Source of the DNA: an uncultured bacterium | Lineage (GTDB): Bacteria > Acidobacteriota > HRBIN11 > JAKEFK01 | Assembly: GCA_963837395.1 (NCBI GenBank) | Contig: CAWINI010000003.1 | Coordinates: 846,000-909,999, forward strand | Length of the DNA stretch: 64,000 nt | Direction: 5' to 3' | Shown: positions 61,179-64,000 of the stretch, piece by piece | Position numbering within the stretch: the first letter of the stretch is position 1 | Layout of the letters: every line of letters begins with the position of its first letter | The notes under the pieces: generated by a model | Seen by the model: the letters and a program-made list of their open reading frames with translations, nothing else | What the model was told of the DNA's origin: nothing | The model's database searches: none | Made by a program: the position numbers and the translations under genes

Positions 61179-62736
61179 TCAGTGCGATTTTTTCTCTTCA
61201 ATCATTAAACGGGCACTGACGGCGCTTGCGATCGCCAGACCTGCTCCAACAAACATTACAACGCGAAATCCAGATACAAATGAATGATCAACTATGACTT
61301 GAATTCTTGAATCAACTTTCATTGCCGCCAATTTGACCCTTTCTTCAAGGGGGATAACATCTGGCGAAATTCCAAGATGTTGTAAGTTTTGATCGAGTGC
61401 ATTGTTAAAAACACGAAGCATGATGATTCCGAAAACTGCGATCGCTAACAATCCTGCGGTACGCGAAACTGCATTGTTAATTCCTGATGCAATTCCAGAT
61501 TGATGTCGCGGCACTGAATTCATCACCGTTGTTGTGAGCGGTGCAACGCTAATTGCCATTCCCAACCCCAACACAACAATTGCAGGGAAAAAACTAGTCC
61601 AATAAGTTTTGCTAATTTCAGGCACAGCAAATAATGCAAAAGCACCGGCAACGATCAGCGGACCAATGGTTAAAGGAAGCCGGCCGCCATAACGTTCGGA
61701 CCAGACCTCCTGACCATCGCGATAGAACAAACATCAAAAGTATAAAAGGAAGGAATGCCGCACCAGCAGCTGTTGCTGAATAATGCTGAACCTGAATTAA
61801 GTTCAATGGAAAGAAAAACAAGGCACCGCTAAGAGCAGCGTATAAGAATAATGTAAGCAAATTGGCGCCAGTGAAATTTTTGGAATGGAATAACTCCAGA
61901 GGCAACATCGGATTTTTTATCCGATTTTCTACGAATAGAAATAATGCAAGAATGATGATTCCGGATACGATCGCAAAAACAACGCTATGACCAAAACCGC
62001 GCCGCGAAGATTCGATCAGGCCATACACCAGCAATCCGAGTCCGAGTGTCGCGAGTGATGCTCCCCACCAATCTAATCGGTCAGATCCACTGTCATTGCG
62101 AGATTCCGGAACGCGCCAGATAGCAGTGATTATCACCGCAATGGCAATGGGAATGTTAATGAAAAAAGCTGCGCGCCATGAAAGATGTTCAACAAGCCAG
62201 CCACCTAAAACTGGCCCAATTGCTGCAGTAATAGAAGTGAATCCAGACCAGGTTCCAATTGCTTTTCCACGGCGTTCTTCGCTAAATGAAGCACCGATGA
62301 TCGCAAGACTACCTGGCACAAGCAACGCGCCACCAATCCCTTGGACAGCTCGCGCAATGATTAACTGGCTGACATCGCGTGAAAGGCCGCACCATATTGA
62401 AGCAAGTGCAAAAATTGCAACACCGATTGTGTAAATTAATTTTCTTCCGAATCGATCGCCTAAAGATCCGCCAACCAACAGCAATGCAGAAAGAAATAAT
62501 GAATATGATTCAACGACCCATTGAACATCAACAACACTTGCATTTAATTTTGATTGCAGCGCAGGCAGAGCGACATTAACGACGGTTCCATCAACGAACG
62601 CGAGGCTCGAGCCCAAAATCGTAGCAGCAAGAATCCATGGTTCAGCAGATTTCGCGCAGGGCGAGGGACTTGACGTGTTTCTTATAATTAATTCATCACA
62701 AGGATTTTTGAAGCCGATTGCCATAATTCGCTCCAT
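61179..62736 (-). pseudogene. DHA2-family (EmrB/QacA-like) MFS transporter gene split by a frameshift near 61700
   Basis: The N-terminal ORF has MFS motifs (GDRFGRK). The C-terminal ORF continues the transmembrane segments in another frame. Confidence 0.7.
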
Positions 62737-62767
62737 TGAATTATATGGCTTTGATCACGATACTTAA

Positions 62768-63628
62768 GTGAAGGAGTCCCCCATGAGAGAAAGAAAAGTC
62801 CAGGAAATCGTTCAACCTTATCGAGTTCGGGAAGGAGCCGGAGTTTTTGTACAAAGAACGATCGGCGGACCGCTGAACTATCTGGATCCATTTTTATTGT
62901 TGGATCACTTCCATAATGCCAGACCGGAAGATTATGAAGCTGGATTTCCGATGCATCCACACCGCGGAATTGAAACTGTGACTTATGTGTTATCAGGTTC
63001 AGTGCATCACAGGGATACTTTAGGAAATGCAGGAAGTATCGGTCCGGGAGATGTGCAGTGGATGAGTTCTGGTCGCGGAATCATGCATGAAGAAATGCCG
63101 CAAGTCAGACCGGAAGGAATTCATGGATTTCAGTTGTGGGTGAATCTGCCGGCAAAATCAAAGATGAGCAAGCCAAATTATCAAGAAGTTCAAAAAATTG
63201 CGATTCCGCAATTCACAACGCCTGAAGGTGCAGAAATCCGTGTAATCGCTGGAAGTGTTGGAGCGGTAACCGGTCCTGTAGCAGACATCGCTGCAAATCC
63301 TACATATATTGATGTGTTTGTTCCGGCTCAAACACAATTTCAATTTCCTGTGCCGGAAGATCACAATGTGTTTGCATATTTATTTGAAGGAGCGGCTACT
63401 TTTGGAAGCACTGCCGATGAAATTACAGCGCCAATGCTTGTAACATTCGGTGAAGGTGATACTGTGACTGCTAGAACGAAAGATCAATCCGCGCGATTCA
63501 TCATGGCTTCAGGAAAACCGTTGAATGAAAGTGTGGCGCGATATGGTCCGTTTGTGATGAACACCCGCGCTGAAATTGAGCAAGCACTGGAAGATCTTCG
63601 CCGCGGTACGTTTGTTCAACCGAATTGA
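62768..63628 (+). CDS. Pirin-family protein (bicupin)
   Basis: FPMHPHRGIETVTYVLSG cupin metal site. Confidence 0.85.
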   Translation: MKESPMRERKVQEIVQPYRVREGAGVFVQRTIGGPLNYLDPFLLLDHFHNARPEDYEAGFPMHPHRGIETVTYVLSGSVHHRDTLGNAGSIGPGDVQWMSSGRGIMHEEMPQVRPEGIHGFQLWVNLPAKSKMSKPNYQEVQKIAIPQFTTPEGAEIRVIAGSVGAVTGPVADIAANPTYIDVFVPAQTQFQFPVPEDHNVFAYLFEGAATFGSTADEITAPMLVTFGEGDTVTARTKDQSARFIMASGKPLNESVARYGPFVMNTRAEIEQALEDLRRGTFVQPN

Positions 63629-63643
63629 TTGAGGAAACTTACA

Positions 63644-63922
63644 CTAAGCAAGTTTAAGTTCCTTCTTCACTTTTTCTGCAAGCCATTGTCTTACTAAAGT
63701 TTGATATGGAATACCTTTCATGGTTGCAATTTTCCGAATCGATTGCAAATAGAGAGGGTCAATTTTTATTGAAATATTTCTTAATCGTCTTTTCCTTCTA
63801 CCTTCAAGAATATCTTGTTTCAGCGACTCTTCCAGACTCAGATCCACAGAATCATGCACGATTTCTTTCATGATATTTTTAGAATCGTAAAATTCTTCTT
63901 CACTTAGTTTTCGTTTTGACAT
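63644..63922 (-). CDS. brnA: BrnA-type antitoxin of a BrnT/BrnA type II toxin-antitoxin pair
   Basis: RRLRNISIKIDPLYLQSIRKIATMKGIPYQTLVRQWLAEKV fits the BrnA ribbon-helix-helix pattern. A start at MSKRK gives 92 aa. Confidence 0.6.
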   Translation of the reverse strand: MSKRKLSEEEFYDSKNIMKEIVHDSVDLSLEESLKQDILEGRRKRRLRNISIKIDPLYLQSIRKIATMKGIPYQTLVRQWLAEKVKKELKLA

Positions 63923-64000
63923 ATTCGCCTCACTTCCATGAATTACCCTTTCTCGTGTTTGCGCCAATACCGTTTTTGCTTTTGATCCATATCCCATCCG

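Overview
This 64-kb window looks like an Acidobacteria-type chromosome segment. The evidence is a GWxTD-domain protein, three ECF sigma factors with one adjacent to a Ser/Thr kinase, and moderate GC that makes the AT-rich ECF sigma factor gene at 9838-10464 stand out. About 60 genes are coded densely on both strands.

The first 22 kb is mostly housekeeping:
- a ribosomal operon, rnhB-rplS-trmD-rimM-KH-rpsP, on the minus strand
- pyruvate dehydrogenase E1 and E2
- gatCA, scpA, tsaE and nnr
- a cell-wall recycling trio: a PIG-L deacetylase and a MurK-like ATPase fused to MurQ

From about 42 kb to the end the content is more accessory. The most coherent thing I found there is a sigma-54 regulon. 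A GAF-GAF-AAA+-HTH enhancer-binding protein sits upstream. Two perfect TGGCAC-N5-TTGC promoters follow, each preceded by TGTCA/TGACA palindromes. They drive a STAS-like gene and an RND efflux operon that ends in a sigma-70-family sigma factor instead of an outer-membrane channel.

Other notable observations:
- a short remnant of a second, paralogous Ser/Thr-kinase gene lies just downstream of the intact ECF-sigma-associated kinase
- several families of small intergenic repeat elements, including a TTAA-bounded CTTCGTGGTTAA element whose inverted copies bracket start and stop codons
- oligonucleotide-periodic palindromes immediately upstream of start codons
- three frameshift-split genes between 45 and 63 kb
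- a putative flavin-dependent halogenase with no biosynthetic neighbourhood
- an orphan radical-SAM/SPASM enzyme
- a BrnA-type antitoxin cut off by the window edge

I saw no rRNA, tRNA, CRISPR array, integrase or transposase.
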